Notes under the pieces: generated by a model
What the model was told of the DNA's origin: nothing
Database searches by the model: none
What the model saw: only the letters and a program-made list of their open reading frames with translations
In this document: piece by piece, positions 24,825 through 39,625 of the stretch
Position numbering within the stretch: the stretch's first letter is position 1
Layout of the letters: each line of letters begins with the position of its first letter
Assembly (NCBI GenBank): GCA_050084985.1
Contig: JBITNC010000001.1
Location: forward strand, 146,382,001-146,446,000
Reading direction: 5' to 3'
Source of the DNA: Nageia nagi
Taxonomy: Eukaryota > Plantae > Pinophyta
Length of the DNA: 64,000 nucleotides
Position numbers and translations under genes: made by a program

Positions 24825-27150
24825 TCTACACTTATTAAGTATGAATATGTTTTTGGAAAGTGTTTATTGAGGTTTTCATCCATAGTAAAAGAATGGTTGG
24901 TTGATGATAATGACTGCCAATATGATATATGGCATATAATTCTAGTTGAATAGAAAAAATAAATTGATTATAGGTGATGATATTAGCAAGCATTGGTACT
25001 TTAAAATATACTAAGTATGGTCACTGAACTAATTTAGATTAAGTAATTTTGGGTAATGACATCAGTGTTGAGATTAGTCCCTAATTTACACTATGTTTGA
25101 TAGTGAGGATGGAATGTTAGCAAGATGATTTGCTAAAGTATTGGTGAAGGAAGAAAAAGGTATTGGATATTGATTGATGATAGCATCAATCTAGTAGTCA
25201 TTCAAAATATACTAATTTTGGTACTCCAATCAAATAATCAAAGAATCCATGAAATTTAGGATCGATAAGCATCAAGAATAAAAAGGAATTTGCTATTATA
25301 ATGTCAACTTTTTTATGGTTGATCAAAATACATTAAGTTTGATGGAGCAGAGGAAACAATGCAAAGGAAGATGTGCTATGGACCATGAAAGAGATTCATA
25401 CAAAAATTATACTAGTTTTAATTGTAATATGATAGACAAGAATGAATAGAATATGGCATATGATGTTAGTGAGGAGATGCTTGTAAAAATATCACTAAGG
25501 TTGATATATCAAATGAAAAGGTTGCAAAGTTGAAGTACAGTACCAAACCAACATGATAAAGATAAGGCTCCTAGAGAGTGATATCATCAATTAAAAGAAG
25601 ACTAAAAATACTTTGAATCTAAAGACATATTTAAAAAGGCACTTTAACAATGAAGTTATGCATTGGTAAGGGGAATATAGCTAATGTGTTATCGATAGGT
25701 GATATCATCAAAATTAAGACATGAGGATATATACTAAAGACCAATAGTGGAGATGAAAGAGCTCCCTAATGAATGAGTTAAAGATCAAAAATCAAGAAAA
25801 GGAAAAGGGATCTAGTGATTGATATAGGTGGATGATACCAATAAGTAGTTAGATACCAAATTTACATTAATTTGGATACCTAAGGTGAGATTATGTTGAG
25901 AAGATAAGTTAAGGCACAAGTGAAGAAGAAACTAGTAGATGATATCAAGATGATGCAAGTGATAAAAGGCAAGGTGTAATAATACTAATTCTAATTTATG
26001 TCAAGTTTTGACATATGAAAGAGAGTTTTAGCCATCAAAATAAAGGTTGAAGGATAAATTTATTACCAGATATCAAGAAAAGGGTTTGGATAGTAAATGA
26101 AATTACTAGTAAGGGAGTTCAAATATAGAACTGAAGAATTAATAGTAAATTTATTATTAGCAAACATTCAAATCATTTGAATAGTCACATGAATGAGATA
26201 TGAGCTATTGATAGGAAAGAAATAGTGTCAGGAAGCATAAATGAGATTCAAACTTCATGGATATGGTAGTAGATTTAAGTGTTGTGTACCAGATGCATGT
26301 GATAGTTTTGATTAACTATTATCAACATTCAATTACTAATAAAGGAATGGACATGTATGTTCATGAGTTATTATCTAACTAGAAAAATGTTATTTCTATA
26401 TCAAAATAAAGTTGACATCTAAAGCTGATAATTACATGTATTTGTAACGACTAAAGATGCATATTAAGAGGTTACTATTGCATATAGTAATTAAATCATT
26501 CATGTAATGAGTATTATATAGTTAAGGAACATATTAAGATAAAATTACTATTGTAATAAACAAGATAAAGAAAAATAGAGTATGTACATGCTATAGTGAG
26601 AAAATATAATAAAATAGATGACTCTAGTATTTTGATATTTGTATGCCATGTTAATGAAGATTAAACTACTACAAATTGACAAAGATAGTAGGGAAGTTGC
26701 TATGAAGATTAATAGCAATATTAAAATAGAGATAATTGTAAGAGTGAAGGTTTAAGAGCTAGACCATTGCAGGTCCTTGAGTAAGGATTTGATAATTCAT
26801 TATAAAAAAATTGGTGAATTGTTAGTTTATCATGTTGGTGATTGGTATGAGGGAATGGTGTTCCCTTTAGTTGGTATGTGTAAAGTAGGAAGGGGGTGAT
26901 TCTTATTTTAATTATGGCTAATAAACTTGGGATTGGTGCTCCATCTAGTTGTTGTTGGTAAAGTATTTATAAAATTTGGTACTTTGTAATGGTTGGATTT
27001 GTACCATGATCCAAGCAATCTTATCTAGAGATGTAGTAGCTAAATTGTTGAGCCTTGTTATATCTTATGTTGTGTGATGTCTTCTTATGGTGCTTGCTAT
27101 ATTTGATTTTATATCTACACTTTTATTTATTTAATATCAATTTTAATAAA
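24825..27150 (+). repeat. Long LTR copy related to the SIRE-like LTR at 37063-39430, in inverted orientation, termini eroded
   Basis: 24840-24970 matches the reverse complement of 39220-39350 (GAATGGTTGGTTGAT); 25930-26070 matches the reverse complement of 38170-38310. Confidence 0.8.
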
Positions 27151-27189
27151 TAATCGAAATAGATAGAATATTGTGTGGGATATAATGTC

Positions 27190-28560
27190 TTTGAATAAAA
27201 CCAATTTGCTTAGATTGGACAATCATACATAGTAGTAGATGAATATTTAATGATAAAACATTTTTAATATTTTTTTGAATCACATTAAAAAGAATAATAG
27301 GCCTCTAATTTGTGATAAGCTCTTTAACACTAGCCTTAAGAATGAATTGAAGATTACCTTTATTAATGGGATATCCTAACAAACCACAACTCATGGCTTC
27401 TTTATACACATTAAGCAAGTTAGGACCCAATGTATCTAATAATTATTTATACAATTCACAAGGAAATTCATCCAAGCTAGTTTCTTTAATAGTAGCCATA
27501 TTTGTTAGGGATTGTATGAGATCCTCTAGAGATAGAGACCTTTCTTAAGCCTCTATTTGTGCTGGAGTGAGTTTTTGAAGAAGAACAAAGTAATATTCAT
27601 GTAAATGTTAATGATAAGTTGTAACTTATTTGGTTAAGAAGAATATATATTTCAATAATTAAAATAAAGGCTTATATATTATAAGGAATATAAGTGTATG
27701 AAACCCCTCCAACTTGAATAGATTGAAATTGAGTATGTAATGCATGGGACATATCCTCATGAAAAATTCTTTAAATTTTCTATCCCCTACTTTGATTCAA
27801 TACATACAAGAATAAATCCATGCTCCTTTAGATTAATAAATTTTATCTTTACTAAGATCATGTTGTAAGGTAACATTGGAAGGAGATGATAAAATATCAA
27901 GATTCAATTCTAACAATATTTAGTAGTATAATACTTTAAGTGCAAACTTTATTTACCTTTTATGATAATCCAATTCTACTCCCAAAGTTTATAATTTTTT
28001 TGGTATTATACATCATGGTTTTTTTTTGTGTTGGATCATAAAGTTCCACCATTAAAGATTTCGTAATCAAATTCTAGATTATATGAAGTAAAATTGAGAG
28101 AATGTATGAGATATAGTTCTTTTCTTCACAATAGTGAACATAAGGGGGCTATGATTAGAAAGCATGTTTTTGGGTATAACTAGCATATGATAAAGAGTAA
28201 ATTGAAGTTGAAAAAAATTAAAAAAATATATTCAACTATCATGGCTCTTTCTAATTACTTAAAAAAACCTAGTAGATCCTTTCTAGAAATTAGACCAAAT
28301 AATCCACAAGTCTTGAGGAAAGTTTGAAGGTGAGAAACAAGAATTGGGATCAAATAATTTAAACCTAATCTTGATATATAATTAACTTTACAATTCTCCC
28401 ATGCACCATTTTCTAATAGTTGAACTGATATTAAAATCACCATAAAGTACATAGGTGGAGGAAGAGCAAAATATGGAAACCAATGCTGATGAATACATAT
28501 TTCAAGAGAACCATTAGAAGCATAAATATTAACAAATGCAAATATATTTATACCTATATT
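27190..28560 (-). mobile_element. L1/Tx1-like LINE relic (endonuclease to RT N-terminus)
   Basis: FVNIYASN (~28515-28540), VLYGDFN (~28432-28452), LSNHSPL (~28142-28163), INKGNLQFILKASVKELITN*RPIIL (~27290-27370). Confidence 0.8.
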
Positions 28561-28899
28561 AGGTATAATGTATAGTTCATGATTTGAGGGATCAACACCT
28601 CAAATTAAAATATACATATGACACTCAGCTGAAATGAAAATGATGGTTCATTTTTAAAGAGAAAAAATAGTAGTATAAAAAGTATTACATGGCTAACGAA
28701 TAATATAGTACACAACAAATTGAAGCAATAATATTTATTTCACATAGGTAAGTAAAAAAATTATCATATAATAATAAGAGATATTTACTAAAATACTATA
28801 GATAAAATATTTACAAACTAGACCTATCATTCCTCTCATATTCAAAGAAAAAATAATTATTAATATTTATCAGAATTGATAATATCAATGACATCCTTC

Positions 28900-29080
28900 A
28901 TATCTTTGGAATTTATAAGACAATGAAATTTGTTGGAAATATTCATGTCATCATGAGTGCATCATGCTTTAGTCACTACATTAAATATAACTTCCTTAAA
29001 TCACCCTAAAATAGATGATCAAATTGAAGAAGTAAGATCTTAGACGATATGTTAAGAATGTACTACATGGATAACTTAAT
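28900..29080 (+). mobile_element. Gypsy integrase fragment
   Basis: HPKIDDQIEEV..LDDMLRMYYMD, compared with consensus HPQTDGQTERVNQILEDMLRMY. Confidence 0.65.
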
Positions 29081-30779
29081 AATGTTAAGATATTAGAATA
29101 TTTCACTTAAAATATTTTTTCTAACCTTTTCCATATTTGGTATGTAAAGTAATTAGAGATGCACCACCCTATAGAGTTGTAAGTTTATCCACTATGAGTG
29201 GTAAAATTAAGAATTAAAACTCTAATAAATTGGATGGTGGAGCAATCCAAGATGCAAAAATATATATTCATTGAATAATTCACCACTGTAAGATGTAGAA
29301 AAAATGAGAAAAGTATTTATTGACTTATCTAAATTATTTTGAGAATATTCTTAAAAAACTCTTTTATTTTTTTATAAAAACATAAGGGATTATGTTTAGT
29401 GGTAATGTGGATGATATAATAGCATGACTCAATCTAACATTCCCCTATAGATAAAAAGATTAAAATTTAAAATTATTAATAATACTAAATTATTAATGAT
29501 GCATTATATTATTGAGTATTGATATATTTCTAATATTTTTATTATAGCATGAAAGTATCTCTTTATCAAAAATAAAAATAAAAAATAAAATGAATTGATG
29601 GATAGGGGAGTTAGAGGTATGTAGCTCAAAGCTCTCATATATGGGATGCAAACGCTCAAAACTCTCTGCCCCTAAAAGTTAAAATGTAACTAAAATCCTA
29701 TCAAGTTGATAGTTGGTGTGAATGATGATAGGATAATGCCTTGGGTGGATTTTGATGATGTGGATGCCCCTCAGTCATAGATCTAAGCTTAAGAGTTTAT
29801 AGTGTCCTATTTCATGGAAAAAAATGCCAACAAAAAATAAATTAAAAATAAATCTTAAATTTTTTTATCTAAAATATTCCATAAAATATCCTTTCTAACC
29901 TATGAGGTACATTGCATCTCAAGACATCTTTTGTCATATATCTCTTTTTAAGTTGAGTCTTATGGAAAAATAAAACTATTACCTTGATTTTCCATGCATG
30001 AGAAAACTCTTATTAGGAATGAATTCACTAAGGAAAAAACACTACTAATCATGGGTTGGATGAAACACAAGTAGCTAGAAGAAGAGACCATTGGCTACAT
30101 GTTTGAAATTGTATACCAAATTTATCAACTCTTTTCTTTAGTATTAAAAATTAATTATAATTTCTTGAAAAGATGTGGTCTTGATGTTCATTATATTATA
30201 ACAAGATCTAAAACCCTTTACTTATGCTCTAAAACATTTATATAATTTCTTTAAATCATATGGTGTTAATTATAATTCCCGTATAATGACATCTGAAACC
30301 CTTTTACTTAAGATACATTTTAATGGAGTGAAAAGGTATATACTTGTGCTAGTAAATTTTGATTTTGATTATGTATTATGAATGTTTATTTGAATGGATT
30401 GTAAGTTGTGAATTCATGTTACTATATCATGAGATCACTATTTTGAATTCATAGTATGTATACAAAGTCATTGTTATGGTATGAATTATTAATATACTTA
30501 GTTTGATCTCCTATACAACAAAAGTTGGGCTCATTTCATATGTCTATAAAATTAATCTACTTTCTATGAATTTGTTTGTTGATTTTGTTTAGTTTCAAAT
30601 AACTATTTTCATTAAAGTATTAGCTTATAAATAACTATTGACTTTGTGTATTCATCATTGGCTTTCACCATACTACATTTGAAGTTTATAAAAATTGTTG
30701 ACCTATGTATGGAATCATTTAACTTTGAAATATTTCATCTAATATTGGAACCATTGATTTGTTAAAGCCTTAAATAGAC

Positions 30780-31800
30780 TATTGGTGGAATTCAATTTTG
30801 CATAATTCAACAAGCAATATATTATTTATTTCATTTAAATATGCAAAATAAATAATGTAAATAGAAAATAGTAAACAAAATCTAAACCAAAAATGAGGAG
30901 TAAAGAATTAACAAGATTCACCTAATGTGTACTACATCCTTAAAGAAGTTATCAGTTTTTGTGCTTGGAGCCATTACATCCAAAATAATTTACATCAACA
31001 ACACTTCCTTTATGGTTATATCTCTAATGAATAATCAGTGCTAAAGATTACACTTACATGTTTTATTCAATCTCTATATTTCTCTCTAATAGATATTGCC
31101 AATCTATAATGCTTGACTCATACACAACAATAGTAGATCTTTAATCTATCCATTATGCTCTATATATAATATCAAACACTTTGTAAACAACATAATATCT
31201 AGCCTCATTTTTCATATCATATTGTAATTTCTAACAACTCTTCCAATCATCATTCCATCATAAATGAAAATTCTAGCCTACCTTTGCATAATGCATTGAA
31301 ATTCCAACCTAGCTTTATTCCTCCAATTTCTTGTTGTTTGTTACTACCCTTTTGGTAGCATGTTTTGCATTACTAATCGAGCTCCATCACAACAATCACC
31401 CACTTGGAGATTGATACATTGCTCTACAAAATAAGGTACTAAAAGGCTTCTCATAATGGCCTCTTACTCCTTGAGATAAATAGAAATTAAGTAGTTGCTC
31501 AATTTTTCCTTTGTAATAACTTTTATCAACATGTTTGTTGACTTATGAGAGGTGTGAATTTTTTCAAATCTAATTTAACCATCCTCCAATTTTGATATGA
31601 TGAAATGATATCTTAGTTAAATGTGTTTTTTCCTAAAGAGAAATGCCAACTTCTTTGCAAGGTGAATAGCACTTTGGTTATCACTCCATAGAGTTACATG
31701 TTCCTAATCCTTTCCATACTCCATTAATAGTTTCAACCATATCAGCTCCTTTCTTTCCTTGATAGAAACAACATACTCTAATTCAGTAGTAGATATAGAC
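30780..31800 (-). mobile_element. 3' fragment of a Tork-like Copia (RNase H + PPT + 3' LTR ~30780-31394)
   Basis: SISTTELEYVV...ELIWLK...WSDNQSAIHLAK...KHI*LRYHFI (31490-31800). PPT-like ATCACCCACTTGG follows AACA at 31394. Confidence 0.8.
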
Positions 31801-34800
31801 CTCAATCTCATCACCCAACATGCTTCTTACTATGTTGATATTATATTGAAAATAATGAAAATCTCTCCCTTTGGAATTTTTAGAAATATACATGACTAAT
31901 AACTACCACTAGTTTTTCTCTCCCCCTTTGATAACAATAAAAAAGGGATATAGAATCCACTTAAGTCTATACATATCATTATCAAGCACACATTAGTAAA
32001 ATAATGAGTAAAAATTAGGAGAAAATAATATCATAAAGAAAGAAGATCCTCCTTAACATGTGCATCAAGTGCTTGATTAATTTTTTGAAGGAGTAACAAA
32101 TCCTAATTTTTATCTTTAATATTCAATCATTTCCTTAGGTAAAGATTTTATAAAAATATCTTCAACTTTCTTTGTTTTAAGAATAAATTCTAACATAACT
32201 TCATATTCTTCAACTTTCTCTTTCAAAAAATCATAGAAAATAGTTGTGTACTTATTTCTTGAGTGCATCATTAAATTTTTAAAATATTTATAGAACTTGT
32301 ATTATCACACATAAGTGAAATTATCTCACTAAAATGAATGGCTAGGTATTTCAAATTTTTCTTTATCCATAGCACCTATGTGGAATAAGAGGCCACTACA
32401 ATGTATTCAACTTATGTTGTGGAGAGTGATAAATATTCTTATTTCTTATTGTGCCATGCAACAAGAATATCACCCAAATATAATTTTCTACCACTCATAC
32501 CTTTTTATCATTCATAAAATGAGTCCAATCTACATTCGAGTAGGCAATGAGAGTGAACTCCTTTCCCCTTGAATACCATAATCTAAACTACATTACCCAT
32601 TTAATATATCTAAATATTCTCTTCATTGTTATGATGTGACTCTATTTAGGATTGTCTTGAAATATTTCAACCATACAGACTACATGTAATATATATGTAA
32701 GATACAATCAAATCCAATAAACCACTAATCATTGATCTATATAGAGTTTTATCAATAGAGGATGAATTATCTTCTTTACATAGTGTATAACTTGTCATCA
32801 TGGGAGTGCTTATAGGTTTACTATACTCCATGTTAAACTTCTTCAATATTTCCTTTACATAATTGATTTGACATATGAATATGCATTTATTTAGTTTATT
32901 CACTTATCAATGAATAAAGTATGATAAATTTCCAACCATAGATATTTAAAATATATTTTTCATCTAATTATAAAATTCTTTACATATATAATTTTTCCAT
33001 CCAACAAATATGATATCATCTACATAAATAGTAATGATAATTTGGTAATTATGTTTAGTTTTAACATACATGTTACTATCTATCATACCCTTTTTAAATC
33101 TTTCCTATAGAAGATAATTATCCAACTATGAGAACCATGCACAAGATGCTTATTTTAGGTCATATAAATCCATTTTAAATATGCAAACTATATTGGTATC
33201 TCCTACCAACTAAAAGCCATCCTATTGTTTAATGTAAACTTTGTCTTCTAGGTTTCCATTCAAAAATATAGATTTAATATCCATTTGATATATCTTAAAG
33301 TTCTTGTATACTGGTAATGCTAGTAACATCCTAATTGATTCCAATATTTCTACCTATGTAAAAGTTTCATCAGAATCAATTTCTTCTATTTGAACAAAGC
33401 CTTTATAAACTATTCTAACTTTATTTCTAACCACCTTTCCCTCTTCATTCTACTTATTCCTAAAGACCCACAATGTACTAATAATACTCTTATTATCCAA
33501 TCTAGTAACCAATTTCCTTGTATTGTTCTTCTTAATATGATTCAACTCTAGCTCCATTTCCTTCACCTATGTTTCATCCTTGATTAATTATGTAATATTT
33601 CTTCATTCAAAATAAGAAAGTAACACATAATTTATGTGCTCTTGAGTTTGGATAACTCTCCTTCTTGTTTTAACAATAATATGAAAATATCCAATCATTT
33701 GTTAGCTTGTATGGTTTACTTACAAATATTTTCTAGTTTCTTTTGGTTAGCTTTGTGGTGTGACTTAGATGTTGCTTGAAATAATCCCTTAGGTGATGTT
33801 GTTGGTGATTTTTATGGAGAGACTGTTGGTGATGATTTATTGGATAACTATTATAGTTGCTTGACACTTGAACATTTCCTTCATCATCTTTTATATCTGA
33901 ACATTTCCTTAACTCTATCGTAAAACTTATTAATATTTTATTTAGTATTTCTTTTGTAGCATTTAGTTCCAAAGATTTTACAATATATGAATGTAGCATT
34001 TCTTACAAACCATAACTTATATGGCAGTTTATTTTTACTTTGTCTAAGTATACATCTATTCTGAATGTGGATAACTATATGTATTACCTCTTTCCAAAAC
34101 TTGTCATTTATATTATGCTCAATCATCATTATTATATCCATATCTTGTACCATTCTATTCTTTATATCTATAACACCATTTTTGTGGTGTTCTAGTAGTT
34201 GAAAATTATCTTTTGATTCTATATTTCTCATAGTATTTAGTAAACTCTTCAAAAATTGATTCTCCTCCATATGATATGAGACATTTGATTATTCTACAAC
34301 TCCAAATTTTAATCATGTTTTTGAAACTCATAAACATCTTAAAAACTTCTTATTTATACTTCAAAATATGTGCCCATATAATTCTTAAGTAGTCATCTAT
34401 ATTGCCATTCATAATTTAAGTTTTGGTTGATCCACATAGATCAATATGAACTAACTCAAGATGTTTACAAGAATGATGTTATTTATCCTTGAATTAGGTT
34501 TTGGTTTGCATTCCTTTCTAATATAGAAGATACATGTTGTTGGGTGGCTTGGATATGCTTGACATATCCTTTATTACCTCCTTTGTATCGATCTTTTTTA
34601 AACTTTCAAAATTAATCTATCCAAGTCTCTTGTACCATAACCAAGTATTATCTTCTTATCAAAGAAAATAATATACTTTAATGTTTCATTTATGGTATAT
34701 AAATTAGTTTTTATCTTTGTTCCAGTTTCTACAAGTCATCTACTTTTTTATCTACTTCTTTTATATGCATATCTTTTGGAGATCACATCATTACCTTTAT

Positions 34801-37800
34801 CACATATTTGGTTAACACTTAATAGGTTATGTTTAAATCCAATAACAAAGATTTATTCTTCATAATTCATCTTTCCATTTTCACATATCCTTTACCAAGT
34901 ATTTTGGTACCATAATTATTTTCAGACTTGATTGATCATCATTCATATTATTGTAGATTCTCAATGTTTTGATTATACCCATTCATGTGCCTTCTACAAA
35001 TACTATCAATAATATCGAATCTTGGCTTGTTCTCAAATTTAAGAGTTACTTGATAAATTAATGATTTAGTTGCATCTTTATTTCTTCTTTTCCACACTTT
35101 TTGAACTTCTTCATTCTTCTCATTAACCTCTATTTTAGTTATTTTATGATTCTTGTGATGAAGTGATTGCCTTACTTCTACATAAATTTACTATGTGGCC
35201 ATTATTGTGATATTTAAAGCATTCCACATTATTTTATATTAAGGTAGCAAAAACATTTTGATGTATAAAGTTGGTTGGTTTAATATTTAATCTATAATTA
35301 GCAACTTTATGGCCATAATGACTACACTTATAACAATAACCAAAGAAGTCATTTTGAAGCCATGATAGGAAGTATAAAATCTATTTGAATGATATTTATT
35401 GGCATTTGATCTTCCTATAAATATTCTTCTTTGTTAATCAAATAATGTGAATATATAATAGTTAATAGCTTTATTATTTACAAGTTGGCTAGTATTTATC
35501 TTCATATCCTTGATAATATCTTCCATTTCTTACTTTGGATATGGTGGCTTATGTTTAACTTTAGGTTCCTCTTCATGTACTAAAATTAAGGTATTTCTTA
35601 TTTCAAATCCCAAACCAAACATAATCAATGGATACCTCTATGCATTCAATATGTTCTTCAACTATTACTAGCTTTTGTTAAACTTGTAGCTTGCACTAGC
35701 TTGTGTGGATAATTTTTCAATCCCATTTCTTGAAGTTAATTATTTCCTCTTCAATAATATGATATGTATAAATTCTTTAAAATAGTTGAATTTATTGATT
35801 TTCTTCTATTGATTTAGCCTCAACTAACAAGACTAAAAACTCTTGGACTTCATTATTTGATTCATCTAGTTTCTTGCTCATTTCTTTGTTCAAATTTCTT
35901 TCTATATCAAGGTCTTTGAAAGTAGAGATGAGTTCACCTTCCCAATCTATGTTCTCCTCTACCTCATCATACTCAAGCTCTTCTATAAGATTCAAAGGTC
36001 ATAAAATAGAGAATTATCATGACTAACTTTTGGTTCATTACTTTTCTTATCATCAAAATCACTTTTATTTTTTTTAAAGCTAATTTTTTTTTATTATTGC
36101 TAGATTTTCTAAAGTTCTTACTACTATTATTATAATTATCACATCTATATTTAATTGCATAATCATCATTATCATTACTATATTTATAGGGATATTTACA
36201 TGAAAAACGACCAACACCTCCATAGTTAAAGCATTTGAAGGGGAACTTACCTTTGTATTTTCCTTGATCCTTATTGAGCTTTCCATTAAAAATTTGATTC
36301 TTAAAAATCTAATGGCTTATCTTCATCTAAACCTTCTCTAGATTTAGGACTCTTAAAAAATTTGAAAATAACTTTCTTATCTCTAAATTTGGTTTTACTA
36401 ATCCTCATTTCATAAGTAGTAAATGATCCATCCTTTCCATCCAAAGAGAAAGCATTTAAATCCTTTGCCTCTTCAATATATGATACTTTGGTATCAAATC
36501 TAGGTGATAATGATCTTAATATCTTCTTGAAAATCATGTTATCAACATTGTACTTTCCTAATCCTCTAATGGAATTGATCATTTCATTAACTCTAAGAAA
36601 ATAGACTATAATATTCTCTTAATTATCAATATTCAACCCTTCAAATTGAGATCTAAACATTTAAAACTCATTCATCTTTATCTTATCATTATCTTCATGG
36701 ATGTTGCATAGTTTATCCCATATTTATTTTGTAGATTTGCATCCTATAATATTTACTAGCTTTCTAGAAATTAGTCCACAAATAATTGCATTCTTTTCTT
36801 TAGAATCATTTTCATAGAATTTCTTACTAGTTGCATTAGTTGGAAGAGTAGGAAATGTATATCTTGATTTAACAACATCCAATATATGAAATCCTAGGGT
36901 ACAAAGATATGTTTGTATCATAAGCCTTTAAAAAGCATATTTAGCTCCATAAAATAAAGATGCTTTATTATATGAACAACCTTCTCTAGTCACCATAGTG
37001 TCACTCCTTGGATCACCCTTAGTCGATTAGACCTATTAAAGAAACTTTTTTTTGATACTAAGTATTGAACTCCAAGTGATGATGAGAGAAGGTGTAAATC
37101 AATGTGATAAATTAAAATATAATTTTTTAACTATACCAATTAAAATAGAGTAGACAAAAAACTAAAAAGATCAAGCACTAGAATAAGATATTATACAATA
37201 TAATATATAACGAGGTTCACCAAAGTGGCTACATCCCCAAATAAGGTTTCTTTGTTCATGGTCCAAATCCAACTATTAGAAAGCACCAACAATACAAATT
37301 TTTTATCAACATCAACCAAATGGAGAATCAGCCCTAATTTTATCATCTCTATCTGAAAAGAGCACCAACCCCTTCTTGCTTTACCAAAACCAATCCCTCT
37401 TGTGAAGTACCAACTTCAAAAACTAATAGTTCAAAACAAATTGATAATAAATTATCAAAGCTTACTTAACGACCCTCATTAGCCTAGTTATTCAACCTTC
37501 ACTCTCATAGCTATCTCTAATTGAATCTTGCTAATAGTCTTCATAGCCACTTCCTTGTCATATATACCAATCTATAATAATTTTAACTTTATCAATATTA
37601 CATACATATACCATAATATAATAGTCATGCATTTTATCCAACTTTCTCATTCCATATTTTACATACTCTATTTTCCTTTCTTTTTCTTATTACAAAAATA
37701 AATTTATCTTAATATGTTCCTTTGATATAAGATACTTATTCCACAACTCCTATAACTATTATTGGAAGAAATAAACTCTCCATACACATCTCTGGTAGTT

Positions 37801-39430
37801 ACAAATGCATGTAACTTTCAACTCCATATTTTAACTTCATTACAATATGATAGTAATGATTTTTGAGTTACATAACAACTCCTAAATATATGTATTGATT
37901 CCTTTGTTAGTAATTCTATGCTAATAATGGTTAATAAATAATGTTACATACAACAATACACTACACATAATTTTGATACTCTATCCATGAGATTTGGATA
38001 TTCTTTATACTTCTTGACATTGTTCCTTTCCTACTAGTAGCTAATATCTCATTCATGTTACTATTCGGACCCATTGTATGCTTTTTGGTTTAAGATCTAG
38101 TATTAAATATTCAATCCAATATTTAAACTTATTTACCTATAATTTCACTTATTGTTCAGGCTCATTTCATAATTATCAACACTAAATTTATCCCTCAACC
38201 TTTAGTCCAATGACTAAAACTCTCTTTGACATATCCAAGCTTCACATAGATTGGAATTAGTGTTATTATGCCTTATTTGATATCGCTTATATCATCCTAA
38301 TATCATCTACCATTTGCTCCTTTGTATTTTTGCTTGTTCAGTACCTTCAATTTTCTTCTCAACATAATCTCACCTTAGGTATCAAATTCAAATTATATTT
38401 GGTAACCAACTCCTTTCTCTTATTATGCATCAAATCCTTTTTCCTTTTCTTGCTTATTGATCCTTAACTTGTTCACAAAAGAGCCCTTTGATATTAATTA
38501 CTGATCTTAGTGTATATTTTCATATCTTCATTTCGATGATGTCAGATATCAATAACTCCTTAGATATATTTTCCTTATTGGTACTTAACTTCATCCTCAT
38601 GGAGCCTTTTGAAATACATCACTAGATTTAGACTATTTTAAGAAACCTTATAATTGATGATATCACCCTCTAGGAGCCTTCACTTTATCCTCTTGTTTTC
38701 GTACTTAACTTTTTCATATTTTTAACCCTTTCATCTGAGGTGTCAAACTTAATATTAATTAAATAAGTATCTCCTCACCAACATCATGTGCTAGATTTTG
38801 TATATTGTTTAGTATCATTACACTACCAAAAATTTGTATGATTTTTATATGAATCTCCTTACCAATTCTCAAGGCTTCCTTATTTAGATCCTTTCATTTG
38901 CTCTAATGAACTCCGTGTACTTTCATTAACCATGAAAATGTTGATGTCACATACTGAACACCTTTCTATTCTCGATGCTTATTGATCCTAAAGTCTATGA
39001 CTTCTTTGATTATTTTATCAAAATGATAAACATACTATTTGATCAGGATCATAAACATCATCTACTAGTATCCTGTGCCTTTATCTTCTTTCAGTGGTAC
39101 TTTAGTAGTTCATTATGATGACATCATTACCTAGAATTACTTCATATGACTTAGTTTAGCCATCAAATTTAGTGAATTTTGGAACACCCTTGCTCTACTA
39201 CTATAATCATTTAGAATTAATTTATTTTCTCTATTCAATTAAGAATATATACCATCTATCATACTGGTGACCAATATTATCAACCAACCATTCTTCTACT
39301 ATATTTGATAACCTTGTTAAGAATCTAATAACAACATATTCATACCCACCATGTGTACAATCCTCTAGCAAATCTTAATCTCAACATCTAACATGCTTCT
39401 TACTATGTTGAAACTATGTTAACAAAAATG
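31801..39430 (-). mobile_element. Degenerate SIRE/Maximus-like Copia with a ~2.3 kb 5' LTR and a truncated 3' LTR
   Basis: gag from ~36995 (LFYGAKYAF...QTYLCTLG; KILRSLSPRFDTKV) with three CCHC-like knuckles (~36200, 35320, 35200). Protease ~34980-35020, integrase ~33940-34570, RT/RNase H ~32100-33600. Repeated PPT CTCCCCCTTTG (31862, 31919); decayed PBS ~37050-37060; 31801-31867 matches 39376-39441. Confidence 0.88.
37063..39430 (-). repeat. 5' LTR (~2.35 kb) of the SIRE-like Copia
   Basis: Begins TATTG after the decayed PBS; its end matches the remnant at 31801-31860; homologous to 24825-27150. Confidence 0.75.
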
Positions 39431-39625
39431 AAAATCTCTCTATATTAAGATTTTATCCTTAATTTTCAACATCATCTTGTCAATGGGCATGTTTAAGATC
39501 ATTTATTTTTTATAATTAAGCAAGATAAATTGTGCTTTTTACCTTCTACAAAAAATTGAATGTATACCATCTAGCATTAAGATGTAGTGTACAATGAAGA
39601 AAACTTCTTGTTATAAGAAATCATT

